DNA of 62,452 nucleotides, filler included, from Sphacelaria rigidula (GCA_964200075.2; 3 parts of 3 records of this genome joined end to end with filler, not necessarily neighbours in it), one strand, 5' to 3'. Positions 14,201-26,300 are shown, counted from the whole stretch's first letter. Made by a program: numbers and translations. The notes: generated by a model not told the origin, from the letters alone.

Positions 14201-16764
14201 GAATGTTTCATCTGTTCTGAACGGAAACCACCGGTTCGGTGTATGCGAATAAAGTTGCGCTTGAGCTACATACATGCAAGACGTCCCTCCACGTTTCTGT
14301 CGGATCATCTTACGATAAGTATATCTACTGTGCTCGGGGTGCCTTCCAACTTTAGGTTCTGCCGCAGTACGAAGTGTGATTCATTGAATGAGATACGCGT
14401 ATTTGATCGTCAATACAATGGCATCTGTGGAGTGCACATACATATGTCGGTACACTAGTGATTCAAACAGGATATTTGGCGCTCCTCTGATCTGTAGGCA
14501 GTCGAATGTTAGCAAGTGCCTCTACAGGAACGTTGGGACCTCCGCTTGAGGATCCGCAAGTGGTTGGCGGGTACAGACATAATGATACATGCAGCACATA
14601 AGCCCCCCGTCCCCCCTGCCTCCCTCTTTCAAGGGTTGGCATTGGTCGGCAACGACGGTGAAAAAGGCGCCACTCACTGCGTGAGCTAGGCAACTAGGTT
14701 ATCATTTTTTTCAATTGCATTTGTTTCACGGTTACTGTCATGGTGGCCGAGCTAGATCATATTGTGCGTGGTGGAGAACCTGACTCCACGCAAAGGGGGT
14801 GATCGTACTACGTAGTGTTTAAATGGTGAGACACCCATGAGGCCGTGCTTAAGCAGTGGCTGTCGCTTGGTGTGTGTGTGGAAATACCAGGAAAATAACC
14901 AAGTCATTGAAGGCAGTCATCCATATACAATGTAATCAGTACGCGTCGTGCCGAACAATCTCAGCACGAGCAGATCTCACCCGTCATGCGAACCGCCGAA
15001 CATATCATAAGCTTCGCGCTCGGTGATTGATTGCGAGCGTGGTCTGGCAAAAAATCAGGCTTGCTCCTTCCCAGCTTTGTAGGGATGCGAGGTCAGTTGC
15101 ATTATGACCACGGCATATAATACAATGAGTACCCCCCCATCTCCCCCCTCCCAACACTTCAACCTGCCGCCCCTCACTGTCCGTGCACCGCTGATCGGAG
15201 CGTCGGTGTTCTGCCGTGTTCAGGATAAATCGTGTCATTCATGTGTTCTTAGGTGTCAGTTTGACCTTGATCCTATCGGCTTCAAGTCTTCAGAAACATT
15301 TGGTCGTGTTACGTGGTGCAGAATATCGTTGGGTGACCCCCCCCAAAACCCCAAGCTTACCACGTTGTGACACCAAGGGCATACTTCTCACGGCGGACAT
15401 CAGCGAGTTCGTCAATACTGTGTGCTTTGCATGAGTCGTTCTCGTTTCAACGCCTCTTCACGCTGCTTCACGGGAGAGGTTTGGCCTTTTGTTTTTCTTT
15501 CTGTTTTTGCAGGTGGTGGATACAGCATCGAGTGCGGAGACTACGACCCCAGAGTTCGTCCGTGGTATGTGGCGGCATCCAGCGGGCCTAAGGACGTGGT
15601 GATAATTATGGACATCAGCGGATCCATGGTTGACGAAGGGCGTCTAGCACTCGCGCAGGATGCTGTGGCGAGCGTTTTGGGCACCATAAATGAGCACACA
15701 TATGTGAACATCGTCCTCTTTTCTACCTCTATGTGCGTGTGCCTAGGATGAAAAACCCTTCTTCTTTCGATGGGTCATGATTTTGTTGTGCGTCGTTGCT
15801 GATGTAGGTGGCGAAAGTGACCGATTGCTCTGCTATCGCTTGCTGGGATCATTCACTGGGTGTGTAAGTCAAGACACTCTTTGTATTTTCTGTTCTGTTT
15901 TGTCTCTCTGTTTTAGTTTCGTTCCGTTTCGCTCCGTTCATTCTGGTACGTATTCTTGTCTTCACCTTTCCCCCGGCCTCGAGTTTTTTTTTCGAATCGT
16001 TTACATTTAGTGTAATAACCTTGGGTTCAGAACACCTATTTTGTGAATTTAGCAGGATATCTCGAAAAATCAAGACGGGAACTCCAATCCACCCGATTCT
16101 TGCTACCGGACCGGGTCTGTCACATGTGCACGTTTTAGATGATTTCACCTGGGAAGACGGCCATAATGAGTAGTTGGGGTCGTGCGTACATTTTTTTTGG
16201 TTTTCACGTACCATTTTATCCCACCCTTACCTTAGGATCACTACCACCATGCTGCTGCCGTGCGTGTTCTCACTTTCGCTGCCCGGTCGTGTACGCATTT
16301 ACCCTGTGAGCACGTGCGCACGGCGTACTTTACATTGTGCAGTTCTGGAAGTTCTATGCTATGACGCACCTACCTTTGAAAATGCGTCGATTGCTGAGTC
16401 GTGAAGGCAACACGAGAGATTTCGCGGCTTAGTTGCTTGAGTTGCTTGATCGATTTGGTTGCCTCACATTCAAGTGATCACATTTGAATCTTTCTGTGGT
16501 CAACGTGTAAATTTATCCGACGCAAAACAAACGGAAAACAATCGCGAAAGAAAGGGCACGACACAAGAAAGACGAAGACGAACGAGACATGTCGTCGTGG
16601 TAAAAGTGACGCAAAAGTGACTCGGGAATGCACTGCTGTATCGAAGATGCTGAGTATAGATACTGTCAAGATTCGCTACCCCCTCCTACACCTCCACTTT
16701 CCCCCCCAACCCGTCGCCCATACGCAGGCTGGAGTACTTACTCCTGAAAATCATGTCACACACA

Positions 16765-16835
<71 letters not shown>

Positions 16836-19800
16836 GGGGGTGTACTTATAATCTTGCATGCCAAAGTGATATGACCATTGACCTCGCATCCCAACAAAGC
16901 TGGGACGGAGCACACCGGGTTTTCGCCGGACCAGGCTCGCAATCAATCACGACGGGCGAAGCGCCGTGATGTGTTCGGCGAGTCGCATGGAGGGTGAGCT
17001 GCATTTTACTAAAATTGTTCGACCCGAAGCCTGCTGACTATCTCACGCACGGATGACAGCCTACATCGAGCTACTTTATTTTCTGATTTCTCCACTTCCA
17101 GAGACAGCCACGGCTTACTCACTGCCTGATGGGTGTCTCACCATAAACATGGGGGGGGGGGAGGAGGAGGGACTTCAAGCATAGGTAGCTCAGTGACCAG
17201 GCGAATAGGTCATTAGATCATTAAGCTGAAGCATACTCAGCCAATAGAATTATACCCTTGGGCTTGGGGTGAGGATCTCGTGCAACGTTTTAAGGCATTT
17301 GCAACTGTTGGCCGCGAGTCGGGGAAATCTGACTGGGGTAGTGACAAAGTAACAGTGGGGAGAGATTCGCTCAGCTGCCGAGTTGTTTACTGATCAACTC
17401 ACATCCCATAGGTAAAATGTAGGAGAATATCAAGCTCCCACGCGAGTGTTGTTCCATTAGATCGGTTAGTTGATTATTGCACATGAACTGATTATTATCC
17501 ACAATAGGGACCAACCCGTGGTCACAGGATAGACGTACCGAATGTGATCAAAACGGATACACTCGCTGAAGAAAATAAAAATTGAAGAGCATGAAAAAAT
17601 AAAGGCCGGAGAACAAGCAGAGTCAACTGGCAAGGACAAAAACAAAACTGCCGAAAACAAGCAATATGATGAGACGTCGGGTTCAGAACTAGTATCACTG
17701 CTGGAAACACCCCGACCAACCCCTGCCCAGGCTTGAAGTTTGGAGGCTGTGAAATAATCAAGGCGGTGGAATTAGATCACGACTCGGCCATCTGAATCTT
17801 GTTGTTTAAGCGCAGGAATTCTCAAATACTAGGCTCGAAGAAGGAAGGCGCGAACACTGATTCGGCTGAGAAAGCAGTAGAGGGAAAGTTGGACAGGGAA
17901 GCAACACAAGGGAGAGAGGCGAAGAAGTGAAAAACAAAACAAAAAAAACGGTATCAAATGGAAGGAAAGGACCCAGAAACATAAGAATGCGGAAATGAAA
18001 CAGAAAAGTAGACAATATCACTGTGTACCAGCCGAGGACGAAAGGCAAAAGCCGATAGGGATGCGACAGGGGCATCAGTCTCCCGTGATACCCCCCCCTG
18101 TCGCTCCCTCTTTTTCCTGGACAGGTGCAAAGAGGGTCGCCCTCTCGGCCATTTTAATGTAGGATTCCTCACGGGCTGTTGCTACCGGTGTTGTACCAGC
18201 GGTGGCGGCTGCCCCACTGGTGGCTGCTAACGCAGCAGTACCTCTGGCTCGTGCCTCAGGTCGCATTGGTGAATGTGTTCGCGTTGCCATGGCTCCTCGA
18301 ACCCCTCCACTCCCTTCTTGTCCTCCAGGTTTCATTTGCTGGCGACCTTAGTGAAAGGTACCTGAACATTATGAGCCTTCGGCCTCAACATTATGAATGA
18401 ACCGCTTCCTTCATCTTTGTATGGCGGGGGACAGACCTGACGACACGCAAGCTTCCCGAGGGCGGTCGCCCCAGTCAGTGGGTTGGAAGGCTGATCAGCC
18501 TCCGTGGACCCTTGCGTAGGCCAATCGTCTGATCATGATGCGTTTCAGGAGGCGTGTTCCGTCCTACTTACGCCAATTTCGTCGCCCCCGCAAGTGCTGC
18601 GACGACCGTCATGATGTCTCCAACCTATCGGTAAATGCGGAAGACATTGGTTTTGGATTAGGAACAAAGTGGTGCTATAATGGGAACTGGGTGCGTAGCG
18701 TGCCGAAGCCGCGTGCTGCGCCGATGCTGGGTTTGTACGTCTCCTTGCCTTTTCGGGTTCAATTTTAGGCAATCGTTAGAGGCGGTAGTATCGTGGTGGA
18801 GGGCAAGGTTCGAACTGGACACGAAGGGGACCGCAAAAAGAGCGAAATGTTTACAGATCAACTTATGCAGTGTACATACAGAATGTTTGGGCTCGTTTAT
18901 GCTAGGTACTGTGAACAATGCACCACTCTCTCATGAAAACCATTAGAGCTGATGACCCGTCTTTACCTCTCTTAAGTTCGCACTTACCGACGTTCACTTT
19001 ATACCCAATCCCGAATACGCTGAAAGTGTTCCCGACCCGAAAGTAGATCATGCCGAGCAGGGCGCAAAACGAAAGCTCGTCCCGTCTTGAGTAAAAAAGT
19101 GGTACTCGCCTAGTACGGCGTACTTACCCCCCCTCGGCCGAGGGCCACGTCTCTACTGTGACAGCTTTGAGAAGGAGCTACACGCTTTCTTCTTTTCACT
19201 TCTGCCTCCCAGGAAACTCTCAAGACTATCGCGTGCGGAACAGGAGGGGTGTACCAAGCTGTCCCGGATGGCGGGAGTTTGACAACCGCCATGTCCTTCT
19301 ACTACAGGTTGTATTACCGTACATCGATGAGTAGAACTGTACCCTTCACGATTGTACTTTCATGTTCAATGTGTTAGTCGATCCGCCTTCTCGGAACGAC
19401 TCCGTAGCTTCAAAGGATCGATCCGTGCCGGCCCCGATACCTGCCGTGCGCTCTACTATCAAGCAGGTAGATCTGCACATCCGGAGCCTGTCGATTCTTA
19501 TCGATGTGTATGATCTTAACTACCTCTCATTATTACATTTTTTTCCGACGACAAAACCAAAGAAAACAACCCCAGTGTGCCGAAACCTGAAGGCATATGA
19601 TCTGCCAAATCTTTAGTATTGCAGAAGCACCAGTTAGACCATCCAGGGACTTGATGGGTCAATTTTCAACATCGCAGTTTTCGTAAAAAGGGGAGTGTAT
19701 ATACATACGCTGCACCGGCCGATTTCAATGCTGCGAAACGGGGCACGAACACCTGTCGCATTACGATAGTCGGCGTGTATCTACCGTGACCTCGCTGTTA

Positions 19801-20224
19801 TCACCTCGTCATGTAATCATTCCTCCTCTCTTGTGACTGAAATGTAAACACCATGCTTTCCCTTCCCGGTTGACGATCGATCACAGGACATCGAGGCATG
19901 TCTAAAGGGCAACTTACGTTATCGTACGTTTAGTTTGCGTCAGAACTATTCATCAAGGTACTATCATCCGGACCGTCTGATTTCAAAGACGGCAACGGTG
20001 AGTGAACAGACAAAGTAGAATTAGCGAGTAAGATTCGAGTCTTGTCTATGATTGTTGTCTCGCTTGCGCGTTTCAAAGATCAAATTTCGCTATGTCCGGC
20101 GTCTCTTGATCTTACATGGCAATCAATCATACTTGAACGTTACGTGCATGGCGTTTCTTCCAGGTACTACGCCATCGGGCTTGGTGAAAACGTGAGTTAC
20201 ACAGCATACTCCAGTATCTACACG
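11260..20224 (+). CDS. alpha2delta/CACHD1-like extracellular dCache + vWA protein, partial and possibly disrupted; join(11260..11425,13739..13930,15513..15732,[missing],19213..19307,20164..20224)
   Basis: Spliced translation gives AFESRCDITRTECEGQHYSACQSRLP...TYFGSWTGVMRIYPG...CGDYDPRVRPWYVAASSGPKDVVIIMDISGSM...VNIVLFS and ETLKTIACGTGGVYQAVPDGGSLTTAMSFYYRYYAIGLG...YSSIYT. These match alpha2delta hallmarks (YFGS.TG..R.YP, R.WY.AA..PKDVVI..D.SGSM with MIDAS DxSxS, L..IAC...G). Junctions 1-2, 2-3 and 4-5 are canonical and in phase. The start is uncertain: in-frame ATG at 11206 or an upstream exon. Confidence 0.85.
12946..13088 (+). repeat. Dispersed repeat starting with telomere-type CCCTAA units; second copy at 45244-45392
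   Basis: (CCCTAA)2CCCCAA...GAGAACCC...GGGGTG...TGGCAGAC...GCGCCGATTT...CGTTCTGCGCAC is colinear with 45244-45392. Confidence 0.65.
13393..13524. mobile_element. Palindromic MITE-like element of about 130 bp; inverted copy at 34145-34279
   Basis: Internal 17-bp perfect inverted repeat TGTACTGCGTACAGTAT/ATACTGTACGCAGTACA; termini CACCCTG(C/G)ACAA...TTGTCCAGG. Confidence 0.7.
13739..13930 (+). CDS. Exon of dCache-vWA gene (VWA_N / dCache N-part)
   Basis: ctctgcag|TT CGA ATC ... YFGSWTGVMRIYP G|gtaag; phase 1 on both sides. Confidence 0.88.
15040..15152 (+). mobile_element. LINE 3'-end fragment ending in ATGAGTA + C-rich run
   Basis: AGGGATGCGAGGTCAGTTG..ATGACCACGGCA..ACAATGAGTACCCCCCC is similar to 1-62 and 1647-1698. 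Confidence 0.6.
15513..15732 (+). CDS. Exon of dCache-vWA gene (YDPRVRPWY and vWA MIDAS DISGS)
   Basis: tttttgcag|GT GGT GGA TAC...; strong family motif. The donor is probably AT|gtgcgt at 15733 but is less certain. Confidence 0.9.
16757..16833. repeat. (CA)n microsatellite
   Basis: Directly visible, with one interruption. Confidence 0.97.
17461..17792 (-). mobile_element. Putative tRNA-derived SINE
   Basis: Minus strand reads A-box-like TGGCCGAGTCG, degenerate B-box GTTCTGAACCC, a T-rich body, then GTACGTCTATCCTGTGACCACGG...ATGTGCAATAATCAA, a 3' end shared with other copies. Confidence 0.55.
19213..19307 (+). CDS. Exon of dCache-vWA gene (end of vWA: TLKTIACGTGGVY)
   Basis: Pyrimidine tract ...ctcccag|GAA ACT ... 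TAC TAC AG|gttgta; splices in phase to 20164. Not in the supplied ORF track. Confidence 0.8.
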
Positions 20225-20768
20225 GTGAGCTATACCTACTACATTGCTGAGGCTCTACCTCTTATGTCCAGGGGACAAAAAAACGTGCCATTCTCCAGTT
20301 CAATGTCAATGCGCGGCTGATTACATCAGAATTGCTACTTGATCCATGTGCCGGACTAGGCATACAAGAATGGTCAGACTTTGGTCTTCCAACTGGAGGC
20401 GGGCCAAAGATACCGCTACCACTACACGAGTAGAGACCACGGAAAAGCTGTTCTGGAATGGTTTGTCGGCAGTTTTGATACATTCAGCAGTTGGGATACT
20501 CAACTCTTTCACCATTCTGTATACTTTCTCTGTCTCATAAGTTCGGGTACCTAAATTTGTACGGGTCCTCAACCTTGTCTGATCTGTTTCTCGATTTTTT
20601 TGTCGAAATCCTCGGTGTTTTCCAGTCATTACTTTTGCAGTCGGTGCTTGAACCATGCGGCCGAACGACCGGAAAAACCAGTCGACCCAACAATGTTGAA
20701 AACCATTGTCGCCATTGCGTAGCGGCCACCAACCGATATCTCGGCGCCCCGTTTGCGAGGTGGGGGTG

Positions 20769-20868
20769 NNNNNNNNNNNNNNNNNNNNNNNNNNNNNNNN
20801 NNNNNNNNNNNNTTAATTAATTAANNNNNNNNNNNNNNNNNNNNNNNNNNNNNNNNNNNNNNNNNNNN
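20769..20868. other. Artificial scaffold spacer N44-TTAATTAATTAA-N44
   Basis: Exactly 100 nt. The 12-mer places stops in all six frames. An identical spacer is at 41625. Confidence 0.97.
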
Positions 20869-21699
20869 GTTGTTCGAACAAGCTTGCTGTGGATCAATAA
20901 CGCTCATCCCTACTGCCTGACACCCTTATGCGCCTCGTTTTTCGTGCAACCAAATACCCCCCCTCCCCCTCCTATCGTAGGATGACTCGACGCATTTATA
21001 CCCATCGAAACACCTCCCAAATGTTTTTTCGTATTTCGCTGCGTCAACATCAACCAAGCTGCCAGGTTTGAGAGTGATTGAATCCTTCCTCGGGGAGATA
21101 TAAAGGGAAGCGTTGGCGCCGGCTCTCCGTTCTTCAGCCCTTATTTTAACAGGAAATTTGGCGTCGTCGTTACCGAAATATCATGTTTTAGGACATGTGT
21201 CTGAGTGGTCTCGAGTTGTAGAGGAGGGGGCTAGTTCGTAAACGATAGCTTGGATCGAAACACATCAAGCTAAGGAGTTGTTTGCTGTACTGTCTTTAGA
21301 GCCCCCCCAGTGCCGACCGAGGATCTCCAAAAAGTAACCTGAAGTCCATTCGAGCAGTACACTCGCTGCCGCTTTTCTTCGAACAGCTGTGGTAGTCGTA
21401 TATGAGGGTGACTGGGGTTGTTTTTGTTTTTGAGTTGAACATTAACATGGTGGCCATACTAATCTCCTTGTGCCACCTGTCTTTTCTTGTTTTGTCCCTT
21501 ATTATCTTCTCTCTTCCTTTCTTTCGGCGTACACTTTTGACGGATCTGGCGTTTGTTGTTTACTTGTTTGTTTTTCTTTCTTTCTTTTCTCTCCCCGTTG
21601 AACTCGGGGGAGCTACTTCTCACCGGTTTTCGTAGCGTATCTCTTCTTATTTTCTCTTTACTTTGGAAATGTGTCTGGTAAGGAATGGCAAGGACGGTA

Positions 21700-21797
21700 T
21701 TGGATAGGCGCGCCCACGTCTGTGACCACGGGTTCGCGAGGTCGGGTTCGCGAGATCGGACTAATGTGCGGAAATAATAAAATAATAATAATAATAA
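21700..21797 (+). mobile_element. SINE/LINE 3' end with (AAT)n tail
   Basis: TGTGACCACGGGTTCGCGAG...ATCGGACTAATGTGCGGAAATAATAA; near-identical inverted copy at 51155-51204. Confidence 0.7.
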
Positions 21798-22306
21798 AAG
21801 GCCATAACTCCATGCCAGGACAACCGTTTTTTAAAACGCTTTTTTGTTGGGTTCCACGGAGAACAGCTATTGCTGTGATACAAAAAATGTGAAGATTGAG
21901 CAGCCTATTTGGTTGAAAATTCGTATTTTTAGTTCTAGACAGTTTGGGGGCCGCTGATTGGCCGAGACTACATTTTCGCCTATAGCTCCGTACCCTACCC
22001 TCAACTCCGAAAAAAGAAGATGTGACCCTGTTGTATTGCTCGCGGGAAACAGTACGATATCAGTTTCGTGAAAATTAAGCTCGTATTGCGTTCGGTATCA
22101 GCCGCGGAATGCAATTGGGATATTCAATCTGAACCAGCTTGTATTATAATCACCTCCGCACGTACTCAACCCCCTTTTTCTTCGGCTGAGTCGGGAAACA
22201 TCGAACTTTTAACCCCGGCATCACCACAACTATTTTACAAACGCACAGACATGCGCACGCACTCACGCACCTGTTGATTCGACAGCGGCAAAGCCCGCGA
22301 CCAATG

Positions 22307-23341
22307 CTAAGCCTCCTCCTTTCCCATTGCAAAGCCATCTCGCCCCTTCCAGTACGGCCTCCACGGCCCGGGAACAGACCCCAGCCCCCGCTGGTAGGCA
22401 CCACCGGGCCCAGAATACCACCCAGGCCTCGACGACCTGGCTTCGTTCGACCAGCCAGGCGGCGCTCCTACTTCTCCCTCCACGCCGTATTGAAGCCCAT
22501 CGTCGGCGCCGCCGCTGTCACCGCCGCCACCATTCCTGAGCCCAACTCCATGACCATCAAGATCCTCACCGTAGCCATGGCCGTCATATCGGGGGCGGTG
22601 TTGTTGATCTTCGCCTTGGTGGTAAAGCGGCGGGTAAGACGCAGAGCCGTGGTGCGTACTGACAGTGACCGTATCCCCGCGGGCGACCGCGAACCCCATC
22701 GCAACCGACGGATCTTGCGAGTCAGTGCTTCCCCCCACCCGGCCACGGCCGCTGCTGTACCGTGAAGCGCCGAATGCACTGCCGCCGGCATCTGTGGCGG
22801 GGCTTGGGTGAGAGTTCCATACGCCGCTGGTAGCTCCACCACCACCGCCGCCGCCGCCGAAGCCGACGGCGCCTCCCTCGCCGATGCCGGCCGCCACGCC
22901 TGCCCCACCAGGAGCGGATGAGTCCGGTGGGGGACTCGCGCTGCCGGGCGGGGTGGAGCCGTGGTCAACCACGTTGCAGACGTACGCGGAGCTTCTGCTA
23001 CCGCCGCCACCCAAGTGAACTGCTGCAGTTGCTGCTGCTGCTGTTGATGCGCTAGATCTATTGCTCGGGTTGATGTTGTGATGGTGGTGATAGTAACCGT
23101 GGTGATCGAGACTATTGGATGCTCGACGGTCGGCATCGTCTTCGTCTTCTCGTTCTACTCCCTCTCCTTCTCCGGTGCGTGTGTCCACGTTGACAGAACG
23201 CAAGTTGTCCGCCATACTCTCGCGGTGACTGTCGTTGCTGTTGTGGGCGGTCGCGGAGTTTGCTAATCGTCTCTCGGACTCAAGCTCCAAGATACCGGCG
23301 GCCTGCGCGAGGATGGACATGCCGGCCTCCGCATTACTCAC
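22307..23341 (-). CDS. 3R-MYB exon 6 (disordered C-terminus to stop)
   Basis: ttttgtcgccag|GTG AGT AAT...; 344-codon open frame to TAG. Confidence 0.85.
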   Translation of the reverse strand: MSNAEAGMSILAQAAGILELESERRLANSATAHNSNDSHRESMADNLRSVNVDTRTGEGEGVEREDEDDADRRASNSLDHHGYYHHHHNINPSNRSSASTAAAATAAVHLGGGGSRSSAYVCNVVDHGSTPPGSASPPPDSSAPGGAGVAAGIGEGGAVGFGGGGGGGGATSGVWNSHPSPATDAGGSAFGASRYSSGRGRVGGSTDSQDPSVAMGFAVARGDTVTVSTHHGSASYPPLYHQGEDQQHRPRYDGHGYGEDLDGHGVGLRNGGGGDSGGADDGLQYGVEGEVGAPPGWSNEARSSRPGWYSGPGGAYQRGLGSVPGPWRPYWKGRDGFAMGKEEA

Positions 23342-26300
23342 CTGGCGACAAAAATGGCGAACGAAAAAAAACTTGCCGCGTAAAAAAACTGGGAAAATAA
23401 CGTGCGCGCATGATGGTGTGTCAGTGCCGGGACGTGATGACAGTACCCGGCGAGTTCAACATTACAGAATAAGCATCGCAGCGCCATCAAGGCGTTGTAG
23501 GCCCTCGACCAGAGAATCGACGATGGCACAGAAACGAGGGAACGGGGAACAGGTGTACCCATACCCGAATTCCCAGGGACGACGGGCAACAGAACCCGTA
23601 ACATACACACGCACACATGAAAAAATTACAGCGTACCCTCTTACGCGGGGCGATCCCACCCGCCGTAGTCCCCGCCTCGTCGCCGCCATCACCGTTGGTC
23701 TCCGTACGAACGTGCACATCCCCCTCGCTCAACTCTCGTTTCGTCCCTCGCCCCTCTCCGCTGCCTCCGCCACCCCCTGCCCCCCCGCACACGCGTTGCT
23801 GCTGCAGTTCTTCCCCGACGTAACCGCCGACATCCCGACAATCGCCGAGGTCCCGTTTGTCTCCACCCTCGCTGCTCTCCGTTCTATCTCCAAGCTCGCA
23901 TGCGACGCGCTCGCTGGTTGCAGCCACCATGAGCGCCTGCAGCGCGCCGGACCCACCCCCTCTCCAGCACGCCGATACCGACGCCGACTCGCTCGCTGCC
24001 AAAACCACCGCGGGATCAGAACCGGTTCCATTGGTGGTAGGTCTGGTGGTTCTTGTTCCCTGGGATCGTCCCTCATTTATCTCCGCCGACCCTCGCCCAT
24101 CATCTTGCTCCTCTTCGTCATCCTCGTCGTCGTCTTCGCCATCATAAGCAGCGGCAACGTTATAGCCGTTGTAGTGGCTGCTGTTACCATCATCATTATT
24201 ATCGTAGCCGTTGTTGTTTCTAGCGCTGTTGTTATCATCGATGTAGGAGTGGCGGTGACAGCTACTGTCCAAGCGGTACGCCGTTGGTTTTATCGTTGAG
24301 CGGTCCGTTACCCCACCACTGTCGCCACGACCGCCATGGCCTCCGGTGTTTGCGTGGGATAAAACTTCGGGGGGAACGGCCGTCGCCCTTGCGAGGAGCT
24401 CGTTGGCGCGTGTTTCGGTGAGACCCTTGGCGTTGAGAGAGTTAAATCTGAGGAAGAGTCGGGGGAGGGGGGGGGGGGAAGGGAAGGGCAAGAGATGAGG
24501 GGCCGCGGGTGGCTGTGAAAGAATAAAGTGTACAACATTGCCGGTCATCGTTCACTGTTTCATCATGAACCGAGACGATATTTTTTACCCTCAGCTGGAT
24601 ACTTACGAACAGTATGGCGAATGGCATATGTGATAGTAATGTTGACCATATTACGCTGCGACGATGCGGCACCGCACTATGCTGGGGACCCCCCCTGTGT
24701 GGGTCTAACGCGGTTGTGAAAAGCGTCGAGGATGACAGATACAGCAGCGAAACGTGCGATCTAGAGACATTACACATAGCACTTGGAGCGATTTTCAAAC
24801 AAAGCGCCGCCTGCCCCACCAACCACAGTGCATACTCGGGCTTGTTTCTCTTGGAAGGTGCTCCTCACCGATTCTTGATGGCGTTTTCCGATCGTCCGGT
24901 CAGAATCCTCGACATCTCGCTCCACTTATTGCCCAGCTGCCTCTGTGCCTCGCAAAGAATTTGGTCTTCCTGATGACGCACACGAAACACACAAGAAGGA
25001 AGCGATGGGAGACAACGATGGGTCCTAAACCTGCCTAGAATCTAGGCGCACACAGATGATCATCTCGCGCTCCTTTGGGCACATAGCACCCCCAAACACA
25101 ACACCGACCACGGCAGGTGATGAGAACAGTGAATGTGAAAAGGTACAGTATCAGGTCTTCAGCGAACACTTGTGGTCATTTCATCTCTCTTACTTTTCCT
25201 GCGCAGGAAGGACACGGATCTCACTTGCCTCCCTCCCCTCATACCGGACTCTTATCAGCGTGTTCCGACAGAAAGAAGGTGCCAGAGACAACAACAACTT
25301 CCGATTACAGCTGGTGCGGAGACGGGCAACTGTTGTCCAGCCTCCCATTTTTCAGTACAGCGACAACTAGCCGTAGATGAAGTATCCGAAACTTTCGCAC
25401 GCTTACATGACAATGCGGCTGCTGCTGCTGCCGCCGCCGCCGCTAAAAGTATGCACACGAGCGGCTAGGTTTGCACAGCCCAAACGTGCCCCTACTGCTT
25501 CGCGCTGCTCTATTTCCTGTATAAATTCTCGCTCCGTTGATTCCGTATTATATGCAGTAGATGACCCTGTATCGACAGAGCTTCGGCAGTACAGGCGCAG
25601 CATCTGAGCACAGCCTACTGCCCCAACACAACAAGTATTTTCCGAGACCCGACACGATCCCATAGTCTGCATAGGGCGGGAAGCCTACTGCCCTGTTATG
25701 GCATACTGCCGATCGCAGGGCATTTACCCCCAGAGCAATACCGCTGGGCCCTATCAACCATGGGGTGCATTATACAACGTCCCCCGGGGGTCACTTCATG
25801 GTTGTTTTTGGCACCACAAATATGCCGGTATCCACAGTGCACAGCAGTGGGAGTCCCACCAGAGTGCGGCCCTCGAAAGGGTCACCTGTATTGGGGTCAA
25901 TATTGCTCGCCACAAGTTCCAGCCATTATACTGGTTTCACTTTATTCCACCACACAAGGTACAGTACGGGGTCCCACAACAGTGCGGCAATTCAACGCTG
26001 GCAACCCACCGCACTGTACTGGGACCCCTACTGTACCGGGGTTAGTTGAGGATCACCTCCTGTATGTATACCCCCAGGTGATGAAATTGTCTTTCGGGCC
26101 AAAAGTCGTATCGTCTTTGGATTACTAACATGTTAACTTGCCTGACCACGACTTTCCCGGGGTGCGTGACACAGTTGCGGCCCGGAGATAAGAAACGTCC
26201 ATTTGAGGTTGAGCCTCAAAGTCTTCTTTTGGGCGGAAACACCAGCAGAAGTCGTGTTTTTTCTTATATTGAGTTTTCTTATATTTCTGGCCGACCGGAT

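Noticed and set aside
17205..17285. Faint 5S rRNA-like stretch (GATCATTAAGCTGAAGCA...)
   Set aside because: Similarity is limited to a few bases, with no 5S terminal stem or box C.
20813..20824. Palindromic TTAATTAATTAA as a biological motif
   Set aside because: Centred in N runs twice with identical geometry; a synthetic linker.
23235..24299. 354-aa + strand ORF (and 22274-22765) with hydrophobic stretches
   Set aside because: Antisense shadow of GC-rich MYB exons 5-6. The hydrophobic runs are the reverse complement of Asp/Asn/Glu codons.
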